Of a stretch of DNA of 64,000 nucleotides, positions 1 to 8,997 are shown piece by piece (position 1 is the stretch's first letter; every line of letters starts with the position of its first letter). The notes beneath the pieces are model-generated. The model did no database searches and had not been told where the DNA came from. It worked only from the letters and a program-made list of their open reading frames with translations. The stretch comes from Spirochaetia bacterium. Its GTDB lineage: Bacteria; Spirochaetota; Spirochaetia; CAKZLE01. A program made the position numbers and the translations under genes. Where the stretch lies: the NCBI GenBank assembly GCA_963677595.1, contig OY782041.1, positions 1,440,001 through 1,504,000 of the forward strand. Reading direction: 5' to 3'.

Positions 1-2
1 TG

Positions 3-662
3 CGCCACTTCATCGTCCTCTTCGTCTTTGCCTCCCTGGAGATCATCTTCTTCTTCCTCAGGCTCTATGACTTCCAGTCGAACTTCATCTCGATCGGCAT
101 CATGATCTTCTACCTGCTCCTTGCCTATGACTCAGTGGGGTATATCAACGACCTGCTGGTAAAGAAGAATGAGTCCGCCTTCTTCGAACGCCTGGCTTAC
201 CGCGACCACCTGACGGGAGGGGCCAACAGGACTGCCTTCGAACGGGATCTGGAAGCATATCTGGGGAAGGAGCACACAGCAAGCTTCAGGCTCGTACTCT
301 TCGACCTGAATGAGCTGAAGAAGCTCAATGACACCTACGGCCATGTGGTCGGGGACCAGGCGCTGACTGCCGTTTTCGAGGCCCTGGAGGCCTCGTTCGG
401 GACCTACGGGAGGTGCTACCGGATCAGCGGAGATGAGTTCGCCGCCCTGGTCGAGAATACCAGCGATGAGGTATTCACGGAATCGTCGGCTATGCTGAAG
501 CAGGAGCTCCTCCTCAGGTCTGCCGGGCTGCCCCAGCTCCTTGAGGTCGCCCTCGGCTCCGATGTCTACAGCAAGGCCCATGAGATGAGCTTCGATGAGT
601 TCTACCACACCGTCGACCAGAGGATGTACGAGAACAAACGGTCCATGAAACAGAAGAGCTGA
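3..662 (+). CDS. Membrane-anchored GGDEF-domain protein (diguanylate cyclase), 5' truncated by the window
   Basis: Frame is open from base 3 with hydrophobic helices. Motifs D-H-L-T-G-x-x-N-R, FDLNELKKLNDTYGHVVGD and R-I-S-G-D-E-F (SGDEF variant). Confidence 0.9.
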   Translation, partial: RHFIVLFVFASLEIIFFFLRLYDFQSNFISIGIMIFYLLLAYDSVGYINDLLVKKNESAFFERLAYRDHLTGGANRTAFERDLEAYLGKEHTASFRLVLFDLNELKKLNDTYGHVVGDQALTAVFEALEASFGTYGRCYRISGDEFAALVENTSDEVFTESSAMLKQELLLRSAGLPQLLEVALGSDVYSKAHEMSFDEFYHTVDQRMYENKRSMKQKS

Positions 663-688
663 TACCCCATCAGGAGTATCAGCTCTTC
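653..688. terminator. Hairpin, probably a bidirectional terminator between the convergent GGDEF gene and htpG
   Basis: 13-bp perfect stem GAAGAGCTGATAC / GTATCAGCTCTTC. Confidence 0.7.
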
Positions 689-714
689 ATGATCTATCTA
701 CATGGTATGTATCA

Positions 715-2586
715 CTACAGGATCTTGGCAAGCACCTCGCTCAATCGGGAAGCGAACTCCGCGGGATTCTTGATCATGACCCCCTCGGCAAGCATCGCCT
801 GGTCAAGCAGGATATTGCTGACATCCTTCACCATCTCCTCATCGCTGATCTCAGCGATCCTCTGCAGGATCGCATGGTCGGGGTTCACCTCGAGGATAGG
901 GGTGAACTCCGGCATCTCGGTCTGTCCCATGGCTTTCAGCATCTGCTGCATCTGCACGGTGGGGTCGTTCTCGTCAACGACGACACAGGCAGGAGCCTCT
1001 TCGAGCCTTGTGGATGCGATGACATCCTTGACCCGCTCACCGAGTGCCTCCTTGATCTTCTCAAGCACCGGTTTGGCAGCCTCTTCCTTCTGCTTGTCCT
1101 CTTCGGTCTTGATGTCATCGGCTGCACCGGACTTGTTGATTGCCTTCAGGTCGAGGTCCTGGAACTTCCCGATGGTAGGGATCACGATGTCATCGATCTC
1201 ATCATCCATGATGAGGACCTCGTACCCCTTGTTGGTGTATCCCTTGATCAGCGGGGAACGCCTGAGCGTCTCCTCATTGCCGCCGGCGATATAGTAGATC
1301 GCCTTCTGGTCCTCACCCATCCGCTCCTTGTAGGCTGAAAGGCTGGTATAGCCTTCGGACTCAGTGGTCTTGAAACGTACGAGCTCGAGCAGGGTGTCTT
1401 TGTTTGCATGATCGGAGTAGAGGCCCTCCTTGAGCGGACGGTTGAACTCCTTGATGAACTCATCGTACTTCTCGGGCGTGTTCTCCGATACCTTCTTGAA
1501 CTCACCGAGCAGCTTCTTCACGGAAGCTGACTTGATGTTCGACATGACCCGGTTCTGCTGCAGGATCTCTCTCGAGACGTTGAGGGGAAGGTCCTCGGAG
1601 TCGATGACACCCTTCACGAACCTCAGGTAGGGAGGAAGCAGCTCCTTCTCGTCGTCCGTGATATAGACACGCTTCACGTAGAGCTTCACGCCGGGCTTGT
1701 AGTCAGCCTGGTAGAGGTCGAACGGGGCCTTCTTCGGGATATAGAAGAGGGTGGTGTACTCAATGGCACCTTCTGCCTTCGTGTGGAGATAGAAGAGCGC
1801 GTCCTCGTAGTCGTAGGAGAGGCTCTTGTAGAACTCCTGGTACTCCTCATCGGTCAGTTCCGATTTTGATCGCTTCCAGAGGGCCGCTGCCGTGTTGACC
1901 TGCTCGATCTTGTGCTCGACCTTCTTCTCCTTATTATCCTCGCCCTCGTAGGACTCCTGGTCATACTCGAGGAAGATCGGGAATGCGATATGGTCGGAGT
2001 ACTTCTTCACGAGCTGCTCGATCTGCCACCTGTTGGCATACTCCTCGCCCTCGCTGTTGAGTTCGATGATGATCGTCGTACCCTGCTCTTCCCGCTCGGC
2101 CTCCTCGACCTTGTAGGAGTTCTTGCCGTCACTGCTCCATTTCCAGGCCTGGTCCGTCCCTGCCTTCTTCGTGATCACGTCCACATGGTCGGCGACCATG
2201 AAGCAGGAGTAGAAGCCGACACCAAACTGTCCGATGAGGTTTGCATCCTTCTTCGCATCCTCATGCATCGACTTGAGGAACTTCTTAGTCCCTGACCGTG
2301 CGATGGTACCGAGCTGGGTATCGAGGTCATCGGCATCCATCCCGATGCCGTTGTCCCGGAGGGTGATGGTCCGCTTATCGCCTTCGGAGAAGGTGATATC
2401 GATCCGGGGTGAGAAAGCCAGCCCCTTGAACTCTTCCTCGGTCAGGGTCAGGTACTTGAGTTTGTCCAGTGCATCGGAAGCATTGGAGATGAGCTCCCGC
2501 AGGAAGATCTCCTTGTGGGAGTAGAGTGAGTGGATGATCAACTCCAGCAGCTGATTCACTTCGGTCTTGAAACGTTTCTGGGCCAT
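715..2586 (-). CDS. htpG: Molecular chaperone HtpG (Hsp90)
   Basis: Motifs YSHKEIFLRELISNASDA, IGQFGVGFYS and LPLNVSRE. Start moved to MAQKRF (2586), which follows an AGGAG RBS. Confidence 0.97.
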   Translation of the reverse strand: MAQKRFKTEVNQLLELIIHSLYSHKEIFLRELISNASDALDKLKYLTLTEEEFKGLAFSPRIDITFSEGDKRTITLRDNGIGMDADDLDTQLGTIARSGTKKFLKSMHEDAKKDANLIGQFGVGFYSCFMVADHVDVITKKAGTDQAWKWSSDGKNSYKVEEAEREEQGTTIIIELNSEGEEYANRWQIEQLVKKYSDHIAFPIFLEYDQESYEGEDNKEKKVEHKIEQVNTAAALWKRSKSELTDEEYQEFYKSLSYDYEDALFYLHTKAEGAIEYTTLFYIPKKAPFDLYQADYKPGVKLYVKRVYITDDEKELLPPYLRFVKGVIDSEDLPLNVSREILQQNRVMSNIKSASVKKLLGEFKKVSENTPEKYDEFIKEFNRPLKEGLYSDHANKDTLLELVRFKTTESEGYTSLSAYKERMGEDQKAIYYIAGGNEETLRRSPLIKGYTNKGYEVLIMDDEIDDIVIPTIGKFQDLDLKAINKSGAADDIKTEEDKQKEEAAKPVLEKIKEALGERVKDVIASTRLEEAPACVVVDENDPTVQMQQMLKAMGQTEMPEFTPILEVNPDHAILQRIAEISDEEMVKDVSNILLDQAMLAEGVMIKNPAEFASRLSEVLAKIL

Positions 2587-2771
2587 GTGCAAAAACTCCT
2601 TATGGATTCGTACAAAATAATCTGTAGTATGGTCGCGACTCGCAACCGTAAAAAACATACTAATTTTATACCTCAGGGGCAAGTACATCTCCGGGTTTTC
2701 ACCGGTTTTTCCGCATCGGCACCTGCCTGAACACCGAATATAGCAGTATACTTGCAGAAGAAGGGGTCTTT

Positions 2772-3422
2772 ATGGTACACAGGCACACCTCCCCGCGGAG
2801 GGTCATCCGTGCGATCCTCATCCTGCTCATCTCACTGATCGTCCTCTACGGGGCAGCCCTTGCGGTTGGGGCCCTTATCCCGACCGGGAGGCAGCCACCT
2901 TCTGAAGCAGACTCCTTCATCTACCTGGTCGACAACGGCGTCCATGTGGAGCTCTGCCTTCCTGCAGGGAGGGCGCCGGAATCGCTCCCTTCCCTCCTCG
3001 GGCAGCAGGAGAAGCCGTTCCTCTACTGCTTCGGCTGGGGCGACCGGTACTTCTATCCCGGGACCCCGTCATTATCAGATATGGAGCTCCTCCCCAGCCT
3101 GAAGGCGATCTTCCTCCCCACAGGAGGGGCGATCGGGATCACCTGGTACGGGAACTACCTGATCGAGGGAGAGCATGTGCACAGGATCGAAGTCTCATTC
3201 GAACAGATCGACTTACTCTATGGGTTCATCCTCTCCTACCTCACGGCAGCAGCCTTACCTGATGAGAACGTCTCCCCCGGATATGATGAGATCCGGTTCT
3301 TCGAGGCAGGGGGAACCTACAGCCTCTTCTTCACCTGCAACAACTGGACGAATCGGGCCTTGCGGCATGCGGGGATTCCGTCACATCTGTGGACTCCGAC
3401 AACATGGGGGGTCGGGCCGTAG
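2772..3422 (+). CDS. DUF2459-like protein (TIGR02117 type) with an N-terminal membrane anchor
   Basis: Motifs NGVHVEL, FGWGDRYFY and YSLFFTCNNWTNRAL…WTP; AAGGGG RBS. Confidence 0.75.
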   Translation: MVHRHTSPRRVIRAILILLISLIVLYGAALAVGALIPTGRQPPSEADSFIYLVDNGVHVELCLPAGRAPESLPSLLGQQEKPFLYCFGWGDRYFYPGTPSLSDMELLPSLKAIFLPTGGAIGITWYGNYLIEGEHVHRIEVSFEQIDLLYGFILSYLTAAALPDENVSPGYDEIRFFEAGGTYSLFFTCNNWTNRALRHAGIPSHLWTPTTWGVGP

Positions 3423-3427
3423 GGGGG

Positions 3428-4555
3428 CTAGCAGAACCGCCTCAGTATACCGTCCACTGCAGTCTGGTTCACATAGGGGTCGCGCCACACGGCACAGATG
3501 ATATCTGCTCTGCCGACCTGATCGGCGATCGTATCCAATACATAGGGATCTGAGTCAGGATCGAGGAATACCTGGATCTTCTTCCCGGCAGCAGCGATCT
3601 TCCTGAACACCCCGGGCCACTCTGAGAGCGGGGCTGAACCCTCTCCGGGGATCCACTGGATCCCCTGGAGCTTCTCGATATCGAGCAGCATATCAAGATG
3701 GGCTAACTGCCCGGTCCCGTCAAGATGGTAGAATGGGCGTTCCAGGAGGTCACAGGCTGCCTTTAATTCATCCAGGATGAACTTCTCGAACATTTCCGGG
3801 CCGATCATGTAGGCCAGGTCGCACTGCAGCATGTAGTAACTCTTCTTCGAGAGGAGAGGCGTCCAGCAGGTATACCCCGGTGTGATCTCATTGATGATCG
3901 CTGCATACTCACTGAAGACGCGCTTCCACGCTTCGTGAACCCGCCATATCTGCTGTCTCACGACCTCCGGCTCATCGTAGAAGTCCAAAAGCAGCATACC
4001 GCCGGGTGAGAACGAGTTCAGGATATCGGCAGTCCCCCCGATATCTGTCATACCGACCTGGAACAACCCCTTCGGCAGGATCTCAGCCAGCCGGGTATAG
4101 ATCTGCCTCAGCAGTACGAACCAGTGGTTCTGGGGATCGAGTGCAAAGGCCCGATCCTTCAGCGGGACCCGATCCTCTGGTTCGAACCAGACTGACCCGC
4201 TGACATTCTTCGATACGGCTCCCAGCATCGCCGCAAGCACCCCTGCACCGAATTGGGGGAACCGCTGCGGGAAGCCGTCCCCGTAACAGCGCATCGCATC
4301 AAGGTCATAGAGCATCGCGATGATCATGGAATCGATGGTGGTCCCGTCAGGATGATAGGTCCAGAACCTCTGGTAGGGGATCAGGCCCTCGTCATAGGCA
4401 AGGTCAGTCCTGGGGTTCGAGAAGTGGAGCAGCGGCCTGCCAAGGCTTCCTGCCCACCAGGACTCATATACGGACAGCTTCTGCTGCCAGTATGCGGCAT
4501 CATATTTGGATATATAGGAATCGATCAATCGTGAGATCGTCTGCTGCAGACTCAT
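3428..4555 (-). CDS. URO-D / cobalamin-methyltransferase-like TIM-barrel protein
   Basis: Motifs LQCD…MIGPEMFEKF, FYHLDG and IQWIPG; GGGAGGAG RBS; divergent from an AraC gene. Confidence 0.65.
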   Translation of the reverse strand: MSLQQTISRLIDSYISKYDAAYWQQKLSVYESWWAGSLGRPLLHFSNPRTDLAYDEGLIPYQRFWTYHPDGTTIDSMIIAMLYDLDAMRCYGDGFPQRFPQFGAGVLAAMLGAVSKNVSGSVWFEPEDRVPLKDRAFALDPQNHWFVLLRQIYTRLAEILPKGLFQVGMTDIGGTADILNSFSPGGMLLLDFYDEPEVVRQQIWRVHEAWKRVFSEYAAIINEITPGYTCWTPLLSKKSYYMLQCDLAYMIGPEMFEKFILDELKAACDLLERPFYHLDGTGQLAHLDMLLDIEKLQGIQWIPGEGSAPLSEWPGVFRKIAAAGKKIQVFLDPDSDPYVLDTIADQVGRADIICAVWRDPYVNQTAVDGILRRFC

Positions 4556-4649
4556 ACAACTCCTCCCTAGTTATCATTTTCTCTTATCTTATAGCATAAT
4601 AATTCCTGCTTCATTGCAGATTCTCTGAAATATGTTATCATTTTTTCAT

Positions 4650-5486
4650 ATGAGTAGAGTCAAGTTATCATTCCCCCCAGGACAGAGCGGGTATCTCTTC
4701 TTCACTGGCTGGGATACTGATCTGCGGTATCCCCACAGTCATGAGGATCTGGAATTGAACATCATCGAATCAGGCGAGGTGGTCTACCTCATTGACAGCA
4801 AGCAGTACACGCTTACTGCCGGGAGTTGTCTCTGGCTCTTCCCGGACCAGGAGCATCAGATCATCCAGAAGTCCCCGGAATTGTCCATGCTGGTCCTGGT
4901 CTTCAGGGCAGCCTCACTGCAGCGCATGGTCACCTCAGAGACGGCAGCACCCCTCGTGGACAGGCAGCAGGAACACGTCATGTGCCGCAAGCTCACCACT
5001 TCCGGGGTAAAGGAGGTTCTCAGGACTGCACGAAGGCTCATCGAACATGACGGGTTCCTCGAGTATCGGGAAGCAGGGATCACATGGCTCCTGTTCTCTG
5101 TCTGGGAGTTGTTCCTGGAAGCTGAGATAATACAGGGGAAGGCTTGTCATTGGGCAGTCGAGCAGGCGCTCAAACTCATCGAGGCTGACCTCTCCCTCCA
5201 GATACCGGAGGTATGTGCCAGGTTGAACGTCTCCCAGGGATACCTCAGCAGCCTGTTCCACCAGGAGTTGGGCATGACCATACCACAATACAGGAATCGG
5301 AGACGGGTAGAAGACTTCCTAATGCTCTATGAACCACAGAAGACTATTCTTGATTGTGCTCTCGAGGCTGGGTTCGGCAGCTATGCCCAATTCTACCGGG
5401 TCTTCTCAAGAATGCTGGGAACATCCCCCCAGGATCACTTCAGGGAAGCTGTTGATGGTAAACACGACCATCGCAGGGATGTATAG
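4650..5486 (+). CDS. AraC-family transcriptional regulator
   Basis: Cupin motif HSHEDLE and C-terminal HTH (AGFGSYAQFYRVF…G.SP). Start taken as MSRV, 8 nt after a TG-n-TATCAT -10 box. Confidence 0.9.
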   Translation: MSRVKLSFPPGQSGYLFFTGWDTDLRYPHSHEDLELNIIESGEVVYLIDSKQYTLTAGSCLWLFPDQEHQIIQKSPELSMLVLVFRAASLQRMVTSETAAPLVDRQQEHVMCRKLTTSGVKEVLRTARRLIEHDGFLEYREAGITWLLFSVWELFLEAEIIQGKACHWAVEQALKLIEADLSLQIPEVCARLNVSQGYLSSLFHQELGMTIPQYRNRRRVEDFLMLYEPQKTILDCALEAGFGSYAQFYRVFSRMLGTSPQDHFREAVDGKHDHRRDV

Positions 5487-5643
5487 CTCTGGAATTCATC
5501 ATTGCCTCATTCAGGCACCTCACCAGGATCTCTTCTGTAAGATCCAGTCGAAGTTTCAGTGTGTCCAATGGGTGTTCAGGGTAGCAGGTATTATACTGAT
5601 CGACTAGCTCCCAGGTCCCTACTTCATATGTCGGTAACACCAT
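5440..5643 (-). CDS. Small hypothetical protein (67 aa)
   Basis: GGAGG RBS about 10 nt before ATG and a TATAGT -10-like box upstream; overlaps the 3' end of the AraC gene. Confidence 0.45.
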   Translation of the reverse strand: MVLPTYEVGTWELVDQYNTCYPEHPLDTLKLRLDLTEEILVRCLNEAMMNSRAIHPCDGRVYHQQLP

Positions 5644-5725
5644 GTGTCGTATTCCTCCATTTCAATGCTTACTATACTTCCATCTGCTCATATGTGATTT
5701 CTCCTGGTTATTTCAGGGATAAAGA

Positions 5726-5760
5726 CTCCCTGCCCTCATCCCAATAATGAGGACAGGGAG
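5726..5760 (-). terminator. Hairpin downstream of tctA
   Basis: Inverted repeat CTCCCTGCCCTCAT / ATGAGGACAGGGAG. Confidence 0.6.
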
Positions 5761-5798
5761 CACACAGTGGGTATATATCAACAAACTATCACATCATG

Positions 5799-7304
5799 TC
5801 ATTCTTCTTCAGCATCCTGCGCGAACTGCTCGATCTTCTTATTCTGGTGGTACATGACAACGAACAGGAGGACCGAGATGATGATGAATGTCAAACAGAC
5901 AGGCCTGGTAATGAAGATCAGGAGCGATCCATTCCCCATGACGAAAGACCCATCCAGATTGAACTCGATGATAGGGCCTAAGATGAACCCTAAGATGAAG
6001 GGGGCACCGCTTGCCCCGAATTTCTGGAGCCAATAGTAGAGATACCCGAAACCGATGAGGATCCCGATATCAAAGACCCGCTGCTGGAAACTGAAACTCC
6101 CGATGATGCAGAAGACGACCAGAATCGGCAGCAGGAGGGTATTCGGGATGTTGATGATCTTCTTGAAAAGTCGCAGGAGATACCGCCCCTCCAGCAGGAG
6201 GAAGAACTGGATCACGATGAACCCGAAGATGATCCCATAGAAGTACTGTGCCTGGTTCTCTATCATCAATGGACCGGGGATGATCCCCTGAAGGGTCAAA
6301 GCCCCCAGCAGGATGGAAGAGACCACATTACCCGGTATGCCAAGCGTCAGGAGCGGGATGAATGCAGATGCACAGACTGCATTGTTCGAAGACTCAGGAG
6401 CAATGATACCCTGCAGCTCTCCCTTCCCGAAGGTCTGGGGATGCTTGGAGGACCTTTTGGCTTCTGTATATGCAAGGAATGACGCGATCGAGATACCTGC
6501 ACCAGGGACTGCCCCAATGAAACTTCCTATGAATGAGGACTTGATCATTGTCTTGATGCTTTTAAAGAAGTCGGATACATGAAAGATATCATCTGCCTGT
6601 TTGGCAAAGGTCTCCTTATTATAGATGCTGTCCTGTGACATGATCCCGCGAAGGACCAGGGTCAGGGCAAAGATACCCAGCAGGACCGGAAGGTTTCCCA
6701 GGCCGCCCATCAGCTCGACCCGATCAAACGCGAAGCGGGTTACTCCCGAAAGGGGGTTCATCCCGACAACCGAACAGAGCAGGCCGAGGGAAGCACTGAT
6801 GAAGCCAGTAAGAGGATTACTCCCGCCCACCCCTGAGATGATAGCTATCCCCAGTAAGGCCACTGCGAAGTATTCCGGAGGCCCAAGATGAATTGCCGCT
6901 TTTGATAATAACGGGCTGGCAACCAGCAGGAGGACACTCCCAAAGATCCCCCCGAAAACGGAGGCATACAATGCGGCTTTCAGCGCCTTGTTCGGCTGAC
7001 CTTTCCGGGCAAGTGCATGTCCATCCACGACGGTAGCAGCTGCCCCTCCTGTTCCCGGTGTCCCTATCAGGATTGCGGAGATCGAGCCTCCATAGGTAGA
7101 CCCGTTATAGATACCCAATAAGAACAGGATCCCTGCCATCGGGTTGCTCATGGAGAATGTCAGGGGCAGCAGCACGACGATGGCGATCGCCCCTGTCAGC
7201 CCCGGGATGGCTCCGAACACGATACCTATGAAGACACCGATGACCATGAAAATGATGTTCTGGAGCGATAAGATGAATAACAGGCTATCTAACAGTACAT
7301 GCAT
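5799..7304 (-). CDS. tctA: Tripartite tricarboxylate transporter, large permease TctA
   Basis: Motifs GAIPGL, YGGSISAILIGTPGT and APESSNNA…IPLLTLGIPG. Confidence 0.93.
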   Translation of the reverse strand: MHVLLDSLLFILSLQNIIFMVIGVFIGIVFGAIPGLTGAIAIVVLLPLTFSMSNPMAGILFLLGIYNGSTYGGSISAILIGTPGTGGAAATVVDGHALARKGQPNKALKAALYASVFGGIFGSVLLLVASPLLSKAAIHLGPPEYFAVALLGIAIISGVGGSNPLTGFISASLGLLCSVVGMNPLSGVTRFAFDRVELMGGLGNLPVLLGIFALTLVLRGIMSQDSIYNKETFAKQADDIFHVSDFFKSIKTMIKSSFIGSFIGAVPGAGISIASFLAYTEAKRSSKHPQTFGKGELQGIIAPESSNNAVCASAFIPLLTLGIPGNVVSSILLGALTLQGIIPGPLMIENQAQYFYGIIFGFIVIQFFLLLEGRYLLRLFKKIINIPNTLLLPILVVFCIIGSFSFQQRVFDIGILIGFGYLYYWLQKFGASGAPFILGFILGPIIEFNLDGSFVMGNGSLLIFITRPVCLTFIIISVLLFVVMYHQNKKIEQFAQDAEEE

Positions 7305-7316
7305 GATGATCCTCCC

Positions 7317-7799
7317 TTACTTCCCGAACAGCCATCTGAGGGGATAGCCCCAGGGGAGTTTTGCCACATGGAGCCCATATTTGAACAACAGGAACACGGC
7401 TATGATGAGCAGAATAAGGAAGAGATAGTGTTTCTTCTCCCTATCTGCTTGAATGAACAGGATGAAACAGCCTATCAAGGATGTGCTGATGATGAATCCC
7501 ACATACTTGAAGATGATCAGGTCAAGGATCAGGCCGGCAAATACTGCCAGTACCCGCAGTTCCTTCTTCAGCTCGATGCTCACATCTGAATCCTTGTGAA
7601 AGACCAGACTCATGATGATATTGCTAAAGCCGAACAGCAGTAAGAGCACCGCTGCCAGTCGAGGAAAGGTGCTGGGGCTCAAATGGACATTATCTTCACT
7701 GACAAACCCGATACCTATCTGAGTCCAACTGAAAACCAGAGCTATCACCCCGAACATCATCGAGATCACCCCAATAGACAGATTCTTCTTAAGTCTCAT
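7317..7799 (-). CDS. tctB: Tripartite tricarboxylate transporter, small permease TctB
   Basis: Four to five TM helices, P-x-x-FP motif, C-terminal LPxG; lies between tctC and tctA. Confidence 0.85.
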   Translation of the reverse strand: MRLKKNLSIGVISMMFGVIALVFSWTQIGIGFVSEDNVHLSPSTFPRLAAVLLLLFGFSNIIMSLVFHKDSDVSIELKKELRVLAVFAGLILDLIIFKYVGFIISTSLIGCFILFIQADREKKHYLFLILLIIAVFLLFKYGLHVAKLPWGYPLRWLFGK

Positions 7800-7866
7800 T
7801 CATTCCTTCCTTATCAGGTGCTCCCCCTTCTCAGAAAGGGGGAACATCTTGGTTCTCTAAACCAGT

Positions 7867-8862
7867 CTAGTTTCCTGCAAGTATAGCATTCACCTGCGGG
7901 ATCGACTTCACTTTCTCCTTGAGGATATTCTCCCCAAAACTATATGAGGAGTCTTCCAGCAGCGGCTGGCCGGCTTTCGCCCAATCAGCCTGAAAGTCCG
8001 GGTTCGCGTAGACTGTTGCAAGAGCCTCTCGCATGAACGATATGGCCTCAGGATTTGCATCTGACCGGATAGCCAGCATATTACATGAAGCATAGGAGAA
8101 ATCGATGCCCATGCTTTTCATGGTCGGTACTTCGATGGTTTTGTCATCGCCAAGATATTCATTCACCCCCACACCAATGATCGGCCGGATCTTTCCTGCC
8201 TTATAATACTCCTTCCCGGTAGGGTAGTCAGCAAGGACCATCTCCACATGTCCTCCCATCATATTCGCAAGACTCTCTGGGATAGAATTACCAACGACAT
8301 AATCCATCTTGATCCCTGAAGCCATCGTTGCAAGCTTCGTTGCCAGAAACCCGGCTGACCCTGGAGCACCTGTCCCGAATATGATCTTCTCAGTCTTGCC
8401 TTTTGCCATAACATCTTCCCAGGTCTTGTATTCAGAATCGCTGTTCACCCAGAAATACGGTTCAGTGTTACTCAAGGCTACCAATGGAACGAAACTCTCA
8501 TACGAGTAGTCCGCTTTCTGGACGATCGGACTGAATACCATATGATCGGCACTCAGGTTGACGATCGAATCAGAATCCTTGGAATCTGCTAAGTAAGTCT
8601 TGGTCCCAATGACGGTACCACCCCCGGGAATATTGTCAATGATGACATTCTTCCCTATCTCCTCTGATAGGTATTTTGCGACGATCCTGCTCTGCAGGTC
8701 CATCTGTCCCCCGGCAGATACCGGACAGACGAATGTCAGGGTATCACCTTGCGGGAACGGTACAGCATTCCCTTCAGCTGTCTCAGCTGAACCATTTGCC
8801 CATACCATGGATGCGGCCAACACTATGAGGATACAAACCATACCTGTGATTCTCTTCTTCAT
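7867..8862 (-). CDS. tctC: Tripartite tricarboxylate transporter substrate-binding protein (TctC/Bug)
   Basis: Signal peptide; motifs P.SAGGQMD…R, NIPGGG and VPTMKSMG. Start at MKKR after an AGGAG RBS. Confidence 0.9.
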   Translation of the reverse strand: MKKRITGMVCILIVLAASMVWANGSAETAEGNAVPFPQGDTLTFVCPVSAGGQMDLQSRIVAKYLSEEIGKNVIIDNIPGGGTVIGTKTYLADSKDSDSIVNLSADHMVFSPIVQKADYSYESFVPLVALSNTEPYFWVNSDSEYKTWEDVMAKGKTEKIIFGTGAPGSAGFLATKLATMASGIKMDYVVGNSIPESLANMMGGHVEMVLADYPTGKEYYKAGKIRPIIGVGVNEYLGDDKTIEVPTMKSMGIDFSYASCNMLAIRSDANPEAISFMREALATVYANPDFQADWAKAGQPLLEDSSYSFGENILKEKVKSIPQVNAILAGN

Positions 8863-8997
8863 TCTCTCTTCTCCTTTTGATTCTTCTATTATTTCCCAAG
8901 CGACCCTTACCATCAATGTTCTGTAGAATTAATTTCTCCAGCCATTGCTCATACATAAGGATTCTCTTGTAAAATCCATGTCATAACAGACCCTGCA

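Noticed and set aside
2587-2771. CIRCE element upstream of htpG
   Set aside because: No TTAGCACTC-N9-GAGTGCTAA found
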